30,204 bases of DNA from a virus (Duplodnaviria; Heunggongvirae; Uroviricota; Caudoviricetes), in the IMG/VR virus record IMGVR_UViG_3300045988_156735. One strand, 5' to 3'. Below, piece by piece: positions 7,126 through 16,307 of the stretch (positions are counted from its first letter, which is position 1; every line of letters starts with the position of its first letter). The notes below the pieces were generated by a model. The model was given only the letters and a program-made list of their open reading frames with translations. It had not been told where the DNA came from and made no database searches. A program made the translations under genes and the position numbers.

Positions 7126-7749
7126 ATGACAAAACATCTTAATGTGGTTTCTTTACCACTTTCTGTGTTGATTGGTTATGAAAAGAACGCTCGCACACAC
7201 TCCGTGGAGCAGGTAGATCAGATTGTTGCCAGCATACAGGAGTACGGATGGACTAATCCGATCCTGATAGACGAGAACAACGTTGTAATTGCTGGTCATG
7301 GTCGAATTGCTGCGGCCACTCAGTTGGGGATGGATGATGTTCCCTGCATTGTTCTGGAAGGGCTAACGGAGAATCAGAAGAAGGCATATCGTCTGGCCGA
7401 CAACCGTATTCCGCTGAATGCTGGTTGGGATGAAGAGCTGTTAAGCGCGGAGCTTGCAGATCTTGCGGCCGATGATTTTGCTCTGGACTCAATTGGTTTT
7501 ACTCAGCGCGAACTGGATAACTTATTGAGTGCGGCGGTCTACGATGACACAGAGGGTATGGATATCCCATTTGAGAAGGATGAGGCCAAATCAGGCGTAA
7601 AAGTTCAGTACCTGTCATTTGGAGGTCATAAAATCCCGGCAACGGATGAGGAAGCGGATCGTTTTGACTGCGCGGTGTCTCGTTATGTTGATGATAATGG
7701 CAGCTATATCGGATTTGTATCCGCATTGCTGGCTGGGGAGGTGTGCTGA
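7126..7749 (+). CDS. ParB-like N-terminal domain protein (paralog 1)
   Basis: 207 aa; ParB/Srx-type block ...NPILIDENNVVIAGHGRIAAATQLG...; about 60 percent identical by eye to the ORF at 10416-11006 over the N-terminal 100 aa. Confidence 0.65.
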   Translation: MTKHLNVVSLPLSVLIGYEKNARTHSVEQVDQIVASIQEYGWTNPILIDENNVVIAGHGRIAAATQLGMDDVPCIVLEGLTENQKKAYRLADNRIPLNAGWDEELLSAELADLAADDFALDSIGFTQRELDNLLSAAVYDDTEGMDIPFEKDEAKSGVKVQYLSFGGHKIPATDEEADRFDCAVSRYVDDNGSYIGFVSALLAGEVC

Positions 7750-9122
7750 TGCTTCACCTCAATTACGACATAACGCACCTACGCGGCGCGGAATATAACC
7801 CGCGTTTTATCGGTGAGGATGATCTTGCGAGGCTGGCGGAAAGCGTCAGGGAGCTGGGGCTTGTGAAGCCATTGATAGTGCGCGGCGATTTGCTGGTGGC
7901 GGGACACCAAAGGACGAAGGCGCTACGTAAGTTGGGAATAACGCGTGCTGCGGTGTATGTGTTGCCCTGTGAAACGACGGTATACGACGAAGTACGGTTT
8001 AACCAACTGCATAACGGAACGGATTTTGATAGCGGAGATGAGCGTTGCAGGGTGTCCGGTCTGGAAGATAAGCATGGTTTTGTTCAGGTATCGGCAAGCC
8101 AGATCTCAGGCAATATGCGCGCGAAAATGGCATATGTTCGAAAGAACATAGCGGAACTGGTTATCAAGTATGGTCCGTGGGGTGGTTGTGTTGCTACTCA
8201 GTCTGGTGAGGTTATTCACTGTGCTCAGTATGCATTAGCAGCGAAAATGACGCGCACACCGCTAACGGTGTTTGTGATCCCTGATGTTGAGAAGGAAAAA
8301 TACCAAAGTTATCTGAATAAAACTTATGGTGTATTTGAGTATTCTCATCTGGAGAAAACAACATACATCCAGACGTATGCGCAGCTTATGCGGTTGCGTA
8401 ATGGTGGCAGCCTGAAATCAAATCTGTATGAGTCGTTGATCCTCCCGATCATTGCCAAGACGCCAAGAGGAATTGATTTTGGTTCGGGGCAGGGAGACTA
8501 CGCGCGAATGCTCAGGGCAAAGGGATATAACCTGCATGATCTCGAGCTTTTCCGCCGTAAGGGCGCTGGAAACACTCTGGATAGGGCCGCAACAAACCGG
8601 ATGATTGATACGCTGGTGGACGACTTAAAAACGCGAGGGCGTTATGACTACGTGATTTGCGATAGCGTTTTGAACTCGGTCGATAGTGTCGAGGCTGAAT
8701 GGTCCGTTCTGACGGTTCTAAAAGGCCTGTGTAAAGCTGGTGGGTCAATATTCTTTTCTGGTCGTAGCCGTGGAGAGCTGGAAACAGTCCTGAAGCAAAC
8801 ACAAGCGGCGAGTTCCAAAAGCCGGCTTTATTTTATTGATCATAACGGTTTTACCGCGTTGTACCGGAAGGGGCACTGGTTTTACCAGAAGTTTCACTCT
8901 GATGATGAAGTGAAGCAGTTGTGTCGTGTACATGGTTTCAGGATTAAGCGGTCAATATTCAACTGTAAGAGCTGGTATTTGCACGTCATTAACGATGATT
9001 CCCTTAGTTGGGCGAGTCTGGAGAAAGCTGTTCGTTTTGAGTTTGAGTTGCCGTTGCCTGGTGGTTCAACAATCGGACGATCTGATGATGTGCTGGCGGC
9101 TTTCCGGCCGTTGATTAAGTAG
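7749..9122 (+). CDS. Fusion protein: ParB-like N-terminal domain plus C-terminal class-I SAM-methyltransferase-like domain
   Basis: ATG 7749 overlaps the upstream stop (ATGA) with GGGGAGG 9 nt upstream; N-terminus LIVRGDLLVAGHQRTKALRKLG (ParB-like); C-terminal half has IDFGSGQGDY (glycine-rich SAM motif I-like) and YDYVICDSVLNSV; no DPPY/NPPY-type motif seen. Confidence 0.55.
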   Translation: MLHLNYDITHLRGAEYNPRFIGEDDLARLAESVRELGLVKPLIVRGDLLVAGHQRTKALRKLGITRAAVYVLPCETTVYDEVRFNQLHNGTDFDSGDERCRVSGLEDKHGFVQVSASQISGNMRAKMAYVRKNIAELVIKYGPWGGCVATQSGEVIHCAQYALAAKMTRTPLTVFVIPDVEKEKYQSYLNKTYGVFEYSHLEKTTYIQTYAQLMRLRNGGSLKSNLYESLILPIIAKTPRGIDFGSGQGDYARMLRAKGYNLHDLELFRRKGAGNTLDRAATNRMIDTLVDDLKTRGRYDYVICDSVLNSVDSVEAEWSVLTVLKGLCKAGGSIFFSGRSRGELETVLKQTQAASSKSRLYFIDHNGFTALYRKGHWFYQKFHSDDEVKQLCRVHGFRIKRSIFNCKSWYLHVINDDSLSWASLEKAVRFEFELPLPGGSTIGRSDDVLAAFRPLIK

Positions 9123-9138
9123 TGTGTAGGAGGCGCTG

Positions 9139-9858
9139 GTGGCTGACAGAATTGAGATAAAGATGGATTTTTCTTCTCAGGATATTCAACGACAACTCCA
9201 GCGCCTTGAAGAACGCGAATTGCCGTTCGCAATGGCGCTTGCGGCAACCAGAACGGCAAAGGCTTCTCAGGCTGCGATTAAGAATGAAATTAATCGGGTA
9301 TTTGACAGGCCCACGCCGTGGATTCAGAACTCTACTTACGTTTTGGCCGCAAAGAAGAGTGATCCTACAGCCATTGTGTATGCTCGTGAATGGGGAGGAA
9401 CGCCAGCCCCTGTAACGTTGACTCCGCAAATCGAAGGTGGCCAACGACAGTACAAACGCTCAGAAGGGGCGCTAAGGGCTGGTGGATATTTGCCTAACGG
9501 CTGGCAGCTTGCTCCTGGTCCCGGCGCAAAGCTGGACAAATACGGGAATATTTCGCGGGGGCAATTACAGCAGGTCTTATCTGGCCTAAGAGTTCAGCGA
9601 GATGCGCATCAAAATCGCCGTCAGGGCAAGCCTACGGAGTTTTTTGTTGTTCGACCTGGTACAAGTAACCCGCTTCAACCAGGCGTCTGGCAGCGCGTTG
9701 GGCGGCGTCCTACGTTGATCCTTACGTTTATCCAGCAACCTAACTATTCGCAGCGTCTTGATTGGCATGGCGTGGCGCTGCGTGCTGGTGAGGATGCGTT
9801 TGCTGATGAAGTCACAAAGGCTATTGATGACATTCTTTCTAAGACCTTCTCTCGTTAA
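9139..9858 (+). CDS. Hypothetical protein (239 aa), third gene of the ParB-like module
   Basis: GTG 9139 with AGGAGG 6 nt upstream, 16 nt after the previous stop; Gly/Pro/Arg-rich central region; no motif recognised. Confidence 0.5.
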   Translation: MADRIEIKMDFSSQDIQRQLQRLEERELPFAMALAATRTAKASQAAIKNEINRVFDRPTPWIQNSTYVLAAKKSDPTAIVYAREWGGTPAPVTLTPQIEGGQRQYKRSEGALRAGGYLPNGWQLAPGPGAKLDKYGNISRGQLQQVLSGLRVQRDAHQNRRQGKPTEFFVVRPGTSNPLQPGVWQRVGRRPTLILTFIQQPNYSQRLDWHGVALRAGEDAFADEVTKAIDDILSKTFSR

Positions 9859-10048
9859 TCATCGTGTGGTTGATGGTGTTGTTATGCAGAGTGTATTCAC
9901 TGTGTTCTGTAGCGTCGCTCGCTGGCTGTCTGTGGGGGAGCACGAGCATCGTTTCATCGTCCGGCAGAATTGGGTCCTTCTGGCCAAAAGCGTTGGATGC
10001 GGGTCATTCGAACCCCGATGTTCGGCTAGCTAAACGTGAAAAAAGTTA

Positions 10049-10419
10049 GGTTAAAAGTTGCGGTAAAAGAAATTTACTCATCTCATTGAAAAATATCGGG
10101 AAAACGTGATTTTTTGCTGTATTTGTGCTGGTAAAAAGAAAGTAGAAAATTTTCTTTTAGATCATCAAGATACGCGCAGATCTTTAACCAATGTGATGTT
10201 GTTCTGATAAAAATCGTTATAAATCATGCAAATACATCCAATCTTTTAACCAAAACACCATCTCAAGATCCTTTTTACTTATAAAAACTTAATAAAATCA
10301 GATGATTATGCTGGTTTGTGTGATTTTTTATGAGTAAAAAGATCGTCATTTTTCTCTTTTAGTATCAATAAGTTAAACAGTTTTCTTTAACCTGTTGTGT
10401 TATGGCGGTTAAAAAATGG
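10049..10419. promoter_or_regulatory. AT-rich spacer with iterated TCTTTAACC-type motifs and GATC sites (candidate packaging site, protein-binding array or promoter)
   Basis: Direct repeats TCTTTAACCAA (10181), ATCTTTTAACCAAAA (10241), TTCTTTAACC (10383); inverted GGTTAA copies at 10049 and 10407; GATC at 10160, 10179, 10267, 10341; no credible ORF. Confidence 0.4.
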
Positions 10420-11006
10420 CTCTAAAAATCGAATATTTACCAGTCGGTAAGCTGCTCAGATACGCCAAAAATTCACGGACTCATTCAGATGAGCAGGTTG
10501 AACAGTTGGTGAACAGTATCCGTGAGTTCGGTTTCACTAATCCTGTGCTGATCGATGAAAAGAATGAACTGATTGCGGGGCATGGTCGGCTTGCAGCAGC
10601 CGAAATTCTGGAAATGGATAAAGTTCCGGCGATTCGGTTGAGTAACCTTTCTGAAAAACAGAAGAAGGCTTACAGGATTGCAGATAACAAGCTGGCCTTA
10701 AATGCTGGCTGGGATATGCAGCTTCTGGCCGAAGAAGTCAAAGAGTTAATGGATGATGATTTTGATATTGATCTGCTTGGGTTTAATGATGCAGAGCTTG
10801 ACGAAATGTTAAGCGATGAACAGCCGCAGGAAGAAGACGATAATTCTTCCCCTGTTGTTCAAATTAAGTACCTGTCTATTGATAAAGAACGTATTCCCGC
10901 GACGGATATGGAAATTGCATTGTTGCTGGATGTTTATCGTCAGTACCACGACGCGCATGAAACGCATGAGGGATTTGTTCAGTATCTTGCTAATGGTTGC
11001 AAGTAA
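10416..11006 (+). CDS. ParB-like N-terminal domain protein (paralog 2), immediately upstream of the terminase genes
   Basis: 196 aa; ...NPVLIDEKNELIAGHGRLAAAEILE...; stop overlaps the small terminase start (TAATG). Confidence 0.65.
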   Translation: MALKIEYLPVGKLLRYAKNSRTHSDEQVEQLVNSIREFGFTNPVLIDEKNELIAGHGRLAAAEILEMDKVPAIRLSNLSEKQKKAYRIADNKLALNAGWDMQLLAEEVKELMDDDFDIDLLGFNDAELDEMLSDEQPQEEDDNSSPVVQIKYLSIDKERIPATDMEIALLLDVYRQYHDAHETHEGFVQYLANGCK

Positions 11007-11557
11007 TGGCCATCGTCAGTAAGTCAGAGTTTGCTCGCCGGAAAGGTATTTCTCCGGCAATGGTTACGAAGCTCTGTCGTTCCGGTCGCATTCCAGTGCT
11101 GAAAAGCGGCAAGCTGGATTTTGATAAAGCCAGTGCGGCTTATGAAGCGAGCCGACAGGTTGGTCGTGAGGTATCTGCTGAAAATGGAAAAAGAGGGCAT
11201 GGGATATCTTCGGAACAACCAGAGTTACCCGCTGATGATGCCGGATTAGCTGGTGGTACTTCCGGTGTTGCGGTGCAATTCAACAAGGCTAAGACCGCAG
11301 AAAAAATTTATCAGGCAAAGCTGAAACGCCTTGAATTTGAAGAAAAGGAAGGCTCTCTCATCGCTAAAGATGCGGTCAGGGATGATGCATTTCTGGCAGC
11401 TAATGAATTGCGTAGCCGCTTATTTAGTATTGCTCCAAGAGCAGCTCCCCGTTGTGAAGGCAAAACAGCCAGGGAGATCGAACGCATTATTGAAGACGAG
11501 ATTAATTTTGCGCTTCAGGCGCTCCAGGAATCCCGATTTATTAAGCAGGAAGAATAA
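11006..11557 (+). CDS. Terminase small subunit
   Basis: 183 aa from ATG 11006; N-terminal HTH-like segment (SKSEFARRKGISPAMVTKL); ends 5 nt before the large terminase. Confidence 0.65.
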   Translation: MAIVSKSEFARRKGISPAMVTKLCRSGRIPVLKSGKLDFDKASAAYEASRQVGREVSAENGKRGHGISSEQPELPADDAGLAGGTSGVAVQFNKAKTAEKIYQAKLKRLEFEEKEGSLIAKDAVRDDAFLAANELRSRLFSIAPRAAPRCEGKTAREIERIIEDEINFALQALQESRFIKQEE

Positions 11558-11562
11558 ACCTC

Positions 11563-13419
11563 ATGGGCGAAACAGTATGGAGCACCGCTTTTTTCCGTGC
11601 GCTTCGCCCTAAATCACGGCTAACTGTTTCCGAATGGGCTGATAAGTATCGTCATGTAGCGCCGGGAACGTCTCCAGAGCCAGGGCCGTGGCGTACAAGC
11701 CGAGTGCCATATTTGCGTGAACCAATGGATGTTATTGGTGACGCTGATACAGAAACAGTAGTGATGCAATGTAGCTCGCAAATTGGTAAATCCGAATTAC
11801 AGCTAAATGTTATGGGTTACTTTGCAGATCAGGAGCCATCTCCTCAGTTGATGATTTATCCAACGGTAGAGGCGGCTGAGGCTTTTTCAAAAGAGCGTAT
11901 TGATCCGACGTTCAAATATTCCCCTGGTTTGAAACACAAGCTGCATGAAGGGAAAGAGGGGCGCGGTGCAGCCAAAAAGTCCAGCACGACTATACGTATG
12001 AAGCATTACGCTGGTGGATATATAGCACTTGTTGGTGCTAATTCCCCAGCAGGTCTTGCATCCAGGCCAATTCGAATACTGTTAGCTGATGAGATTGATC
12101 GTTACGGTGTGACGCAGGAGGGCGACCCACTAAAACTAGGTATTCAGCGTACTACCAACTTTCATAATCGTAAGAAAGTTTTTGTTTCTACTCCTGTTTT
12201 GGAGGAAACGAGCAAAATCCACAAGTGGTTTAAGCTCTCCGATCAGCGTTACTACCATGTTCCTTGCCCATGTTGTGGCACCATGCAGGTGATGAAATGG
12301 TCGCAAGTCAGATGGGATAAGAGCGATTCAGGTGAGGCGTTACCGGAAACGGCCAGATATGAGTGCTGTGAGTGCGGCGGGATTATGCGCGGATCTGGTA
12401 AACCAGACGTTGATTGGTTGGCGAAGGGGGTATGGATAGCTGAACATACTGGAGTTAAAGGTATTGTTGGTTTTCATATTAACAGTCTTTACTCCCCGTG
12501 GGTTGCATTGTCAGAGCTGGTTGAAGAATTTACGGAAGCAACCAGAAACCGCGATAAAAATGGATTAATGGAGTTTATTAACCTTAAGCTGGGTGAGCCA
12601 TGGAAAGAGGATGCTAAAGACGATATCGATCCTGAATACTTGTTGCAACGCAGAATAAGGTTTGAAGAGTTTTTACCAGATGATGTTTTATTGTTAAGTG
12701 CTGGTGTTGACGTACAGGACACGTATTTAGTTTGTGAATTGGTCGGTTGGGGAAAAGGTAAGGAGTCATGGGGGATAGAATATAAAATATTCCCAGGTGA
12801 TCCCGCACAAGATGTTGTCTGGAAACAACTTGATGAATACTTACTCCGTAGCTGGTCATTCCGTGACGGTCGAAAATTACAGATTTCTTCCGTTTGTATT
12901 GACTCTGGTGGGCATTTTACGACAGAGGTATATCGCTTTACTAAGCCGAGAGAATCAAGGCGAATATACTCTATCAGGGGGCGTGGTGGGGTAGGTTTAC
13001 CATTTATAGGAAAGCCAAGTAATAATAACCGTGTGGGTGCTATGTTGTTTAATTTGGGGGTTGATGATGGTAAAGGGACCATCATGGCAAGAATTAAACT
13101 ACATGATCCTGGTCCTGGTTATATGCATTTCCCATTAGATTCTGACAGAGGATATGATACCGAATACTTTAAAGGATTATTATCAGAGAAGAAAATATTT
13201 GAATATAAAAATGGGCAGACAAAAGAAAAGTGGGTGAAAGTCTACGAGCGTAACGAGCCTCTTGATTGCCGTAACTATGCAACTGCCGCGATGGAAATTC
13301 TGAACCCTAATTTTAACTGGCTTGCCGAACAGGAAATGCGAGGTAATGTGTATGTGCAGAACTCGTCAGGTATACGTAGAAGACGCCGTAGAGTTATAAG
13401 TAAAGGCGTAACCATATAG
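11563..13419 (+). CDS. Terminase large subunit, lambda GpA family
   Basis: 618 aa; N-terminal region with VMQCSSQIGKSE P-loop-like block and overall length and layout matching GpA-type terminases as I recall them. Confidence 0.8.
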   Translation: MGETVWSTAFFRALRPKSRLTVSEWADKYRHVAPGTSPEPGPWRTSRVPYLREPMDVIGDADTETVVMQCSSQIGKSELQLNVMGYFADQEPSPQLMIYPTVEAAEAFSKERIDPTFKYSPGLKHKLHEGKEGRGAAKKSSTTIRMKHYAGGYIALVGANSPAGLASRPIRILLADEIDRYGVTQEGDPLKLGIQRTTNFHNRKKVFVSTPVLEETSKIHKWFKLSDQRYYHVPCPCCGTMQVMKWSQVRWDKSDSGEALPETARYECCECGGIMRGSGKPDVDWLAKGVWIAEHTGVKGIVGFHINSLYSPWVALSELVEEFTEATRNRDKNGLMEFINLKLGEPWKEDAKDDIDPEYLLQRRIRFEEFLPDDVLLLSAGVDVQDTYLVCELVGWGKGKESWGIEYKIFPGDPAQDVVWKQLDEYLLRSWSFRDGRKLQISSVCIDSGGHFTTEVYRFTKPRESRRIYSIRGRGGVGLPFIGKPSNNNRVGAMLFNLGVDDGKGTIMARIKLHDPGPGYMHFPLDSDRGYDTEYFKGLLSEKKIFEYKNGQTKEKWVKVYERNEPLDCRNYATAAMEILNPNFNWLAEQEMRGNVYVQNSSGIRRRRRRVISKGVTI

Positions 13420-13430
13420 AGGAAATATAA

Positions 13431-13670
13431 ATGAACAATGAAGCATTTTCTCTGACTGAAGCCAGAGAGATGTTATCTGTCTGGCGGGAAGCATATCGCG
13501 CTATTGCTATTGGCGGTCAGTCATATAAATTTGGTACGCGGCAGTTAACTCGTGCGGATTTATCAGAAGTCAGAAAAGAGATGGATTACTGGCGTAATGA
13601 AGTAGAAAGATTATCAGCAGGTATACGCCGAGGCCCACGAATTAAACGAGTGGTGATAAGAGATTTATGA
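13431..13670 (+). CDS. Head-tail joining protein, lambda gpW-like
   Basis: 79 aa between terminase and portal; AGAGGA RBS; basic C-terminus (RRGPRIKRV). Confidence 0.6.
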   Translation: MNNEAFSLTEAREMLSVWREAYRAIAIGGQSYKFGTRQLTRADLSEVRKEMDYWRNEVERLSAGIRRGPRIKRVVIRDL

Positions 13671-15241
13671 ATATTCTTGATCGAGTTATTGCGCCGTTTT
13701 CACCTCAGAGGGCATTAAATCGAGCTTTGGCAAGAAAACGGTTAGAAGCACTTGAAGGTATTAATAACCTTGGATATTCACGTCATGGTGCAAGCACTCA
13801 TAAAAAATCATTAAGGGGTTGGTTTAGTAAAGCTGGTTCTCCTGATGATGATATTGTTAAAAATATAGATAAATTGCGTGAGCGTTCTCGTGATCTCTTC
13901 ATGGGAAACCCGCTATCGGTTGGCGCAATAAAAACTATCAGGACAAACGTTGTTGGTTCCGGTTTAAAACTAAATGCGAACATTGATGCCGATTTCTTGG
14001 GGATGACGCAGGAAGAAGCGCGAGCATGGGAAAAGCATGTTGAGCGTGAGTTTAGATTATGGGCTGATTCTCCAAATTGTGATGCATCAAGAATGTGTAC
14101 TTTTGGACAATTGCAATCATTGGTCCAAATATCTGCGTTAACATCTGGCGATATATTTGCTGCGCTACCAGTTATTAAGCGTAAGGGTGTTATATATGAT
14201 TTGTGCGTCTATTTAATTGAAGGTGATCGTGTTTGCAATCCAGAGGATCGTTTTATACCAAATCTTTACGGTGGCGTAGAGGTTGGTGAATTTAGCGAGC
14301 CTGTGGCGTACTGGGTTGCAAAACATCACCCAGCCGGGACTTCTGGTTTTGTAACCCGCAAGTGGGAACGTATTCCCGCATATGGGAGTAAAACAGGAAG
14401 AAGAAATATTCTGCATGTCATGCAGGATTTTGAAAGGCCTGGGCAACGTCGTGGCGTTCCTGTCCTTGCTCCTGTTATTGAAGCATTGAAGCAGTTAGGA
14501 CGATACACCGATGCTGAATTGGTTGCTGCGGTTGTGTCAGGGATGTTTACTGTCTTTATTAAAACAGACGCTCCTGATGGACCAGTCGGTGAATCGGGTA
14601 TCCCTCAGTACGAGCAGATCGATAACCATGATGATAACACCCAAGAAATGGGGAATGGCTCCATAGTAAGTTTGGGTGAAGGTGAGTCGATAGATACAGC
14701 AAATCCCGGGCGACCAAATACGGCATTTGATGGTTTTGTTGTCGCCATATGCCGTCAAATTGGGGCTGCTTTAGAACTCCCTTACGAACTCTTGGTAAAG
14801 CATTTTACAGCAAGTTATAGCGCAAGCAGGGCCGCATTACTTGAAGCCTGGAAAATGTTCCGTATGCGACGTGACTGGATGGTTCAGTCATTTTGCCAAC
14901 CGATCTATGAGGAATGGTTGGCCGAAGCCGTTGCTAAAGGTCGTGTTATTGCCCCTGGTTTTTTTTATGGGCCTGAATATCGCGCTGCATGGAGTGGCGC
15001 TCAATGGTATGGCCCATCACAAGGCCAATTAGATCCCCTTAAAGAAGTCAAAGCTGCAAAACTGCGTGTTGAGGAAACATTCTCTACCCGTGAAAAGGAA
15101 GCGGCTGAAATGTCAGGTCTTAACTGGGAAGAAACCGCACAAATTTGTGGCAGAGAAGAGAATGCTCGCCGTGAGTTGGGGCTGATTACGCCTCCTGTTT
15201 CTGAGGTAAATGAACAAAATATGGAGACAGATGATGCCTAA
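13667..15241 (+). CDS. Portal protein (lambda gpB-like)
   Basis: 524 aa; ATG overlaps the gpW-like stop; canonical position between W and the prohead protease. Confidence 0.8.
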   Translation: MNILDRVIAPFSPQRALNRALARKRLEALEGINNLGYSRHGASTHKKSLRGWFSKAGSPDDDIVKNIDKLRERSRDLFMGNPLSVGAIKTIRTNVVGSGLKLNANIDADFLGMTQEEARAWEKHVEREFRLWADSPNCDASRMCTFGQLQSLVQISALTSGDIFAALPVIKRKGVIYDLCVYLIEGDRVCNPEDRFIPNLYGGVEVGEFSEPVAYWVAKHHPAGTSGFVTRKWERIPAYGSKTGRRNILHVMQDFERPGQRRGVPVLAPVIEALKQLGRYTDAELVAAVVSGMFTVFIKTDAPDGPVGESGIPQYEQIDNHDDNTQEMGNGSIVSLGEGESIDTANPGRPNTAFDGFVVAICRQIGAALELPYELLVKHFTASYSASRAALLEAWKMFRMRRDWMVQSFCQPIYEEWLAEAVAKGRVIAPGFFYGPEYRAAWSGAQWYGPSQGQLDPLKEVKAAKLRVEETFSTREKEAAEMSGLNWEETAQICGREENARRELGLITPPVSEVNEQNMETDDA

Positions 15242-16298
15242 TTGGTGGGAAATAAAAAATAGCACGGGTGAAGATGACTCTCCGGCTGAACTTTTAATCT
15301 ACGGATATATTGGCGAATTTGATGAGGTTTCTTCTTCTGACATAGTTAATAAATTAAAGGATATATCATCAAATGCTATCAACGTAAAAATTAATAGTTA
15401 TGGTGGTTCTGTTTTTACTGCTCAAGCTATTCTTTCTTCATTAAAACGTCATAAGGCTAATATTACTGTTTATATTGATGGTATTGCTGCATCGGCTGCA
15501 ACCATTATTGCAATGGCAGGTGATAAAGTTGTTATCCCATCTAATGCTATGATGATGATCCATAATCCGTGGACATTTGCTGCTGGTGATGCGGATGAAC
15601 TACGTGATATTGCTGAGATGATGGATAAGATACGAGATAGTATTTTATCTGCATATAAGGAGAAAACAGGGCTTTCTGAGGATAAATTAATTGAACTAAT
15701 GGATCAGGAAACATGGCTAAATGCAGAAGAGGCTGTAGAGCTTGGATTTGCTGACGAAGTTGAAAAACCAATGCGCTTATCCGCTTCTATAAAGGAAGGG
15801 ATGCTTTCGCTCAATGGAATAACTTTTGAAGCATCAAGGTTTTCAAAATTACCTGATTCGCTCGCAAAGTTGCCACAAAATAAAAATGAATTATCTACTG
15901 AATTAAATGAACAAAATGAGGACGATGTTGTGACTCTTGATGAATTAAAAAATAAACATCCAGAATTATACAATCAGGTTTTTAATGCTGGTAAAGACGA
16001 GGGCGTTAAATCAGAACGCGAGCGCATTGAAACAATCGAGAATAGCGTGATTCCAGGTCATGACGACCTGGTTAAGAATGCAAAATTCAAAACGGGAGTT
16101 TCTGCGGCTGAACTTGCTTTGGAAATTATGAATGCAGAGCGAGCGCGTAACAAAAACTTTCTTAATCAACGGCAAGAAGACGCAAATGAGGTGAATGATT
16201 CAGTTGATGTTAATCAACCAGAAAACAACGGAGATAAACAAGCTGAAGTAGTAAAAAATGTTATTGGGTCAGTATTTAAAAACCGCGATAAAAATTAA
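15210..16298 (+). CDS. ClpP-like (S14) prohead protease fused to a scaffold-like C-terminal domain
   Basis: 362 aa; N-terminal half ...YGGSVFTAQAIL...IDGIAASAATIIAMAGDKVVIPSNAMMMIHNPW... is ClpP-like; C-terminal 150 aa is charged and helical. Start may instead be ATG 15231 or 15234. Confidence 0.75.
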   Translation: MNKIWRQMMPNWWEIKNSTGEDDSPAELLIYGYIGEFDEVSSSDIVNKLKDISSNAINVKINSYGGSVFTAQAILSSLKRHKANITVYIDGIAASAATIIAMAGDKVVIPSNAMMMIHNPWTFAAGDADELRDIAEMMDKIRDSILSAYKEKTGLSEDKLIELMDQETWLNAEEAVELGFADEVEKPMRLSASIKEGMLSLNGITFEASRFSKLPDSLAKLPQNKNELSTELNEQNEDDVVTLDELKNKHPELYNQVFNAGKDEGVKSERERIETIENSVIPGHDDLVKNAKFKTGVSAAELALEIMNAERARNKNFLNQRQEDANEVNDSVDVNQPENNGDKQAEVVKNVIGSVFKNRDKN

Positions 16299-16307
16299 GG
16301 TGAGTTT

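Noticed and set aside
7749-9122. Calling the ParB-fusion protein a DNA N6-adenine or N4-cytosine methyltransferase
   Set aside because: It has a glycine-rich SAM-binding-like motif, but I could not find a DPPY/NPPY/SPPY-type catalytic motif, so only a generic methyltransferase-like fold is claimed and the substrate is left open.
9758-10049. ORFs 9758-10033 and 9864-10049 at the 3-prime end of the 239-aa gene and the AT-rich spacer
   Set aside because: They overlap the end of a coupled, RBS-supported gene in other frames, lack RBS, and have low-complexity Leu/Val/Cys-rich translations.
10049-10419. Interpreting the GATC cluster as proof of Dam-dependent regulation
   Set aside because: Four GATC in about 370 bp is only modestly above random expectation and the window gives no methylation data; recorded as part of the spacer finding only.
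2547-15032. Internal alternative-frame plus-strand ORFs (2547-2771, 3034-3288, 7945-8151, 8926-9114, 9206-9415, 10816-11022, 11331-11612, 12797-12994, 14841-15032, and similar)
   Set aside because: All are nested in alternative frames within longer genes that have recognisable products; no independent start signals.
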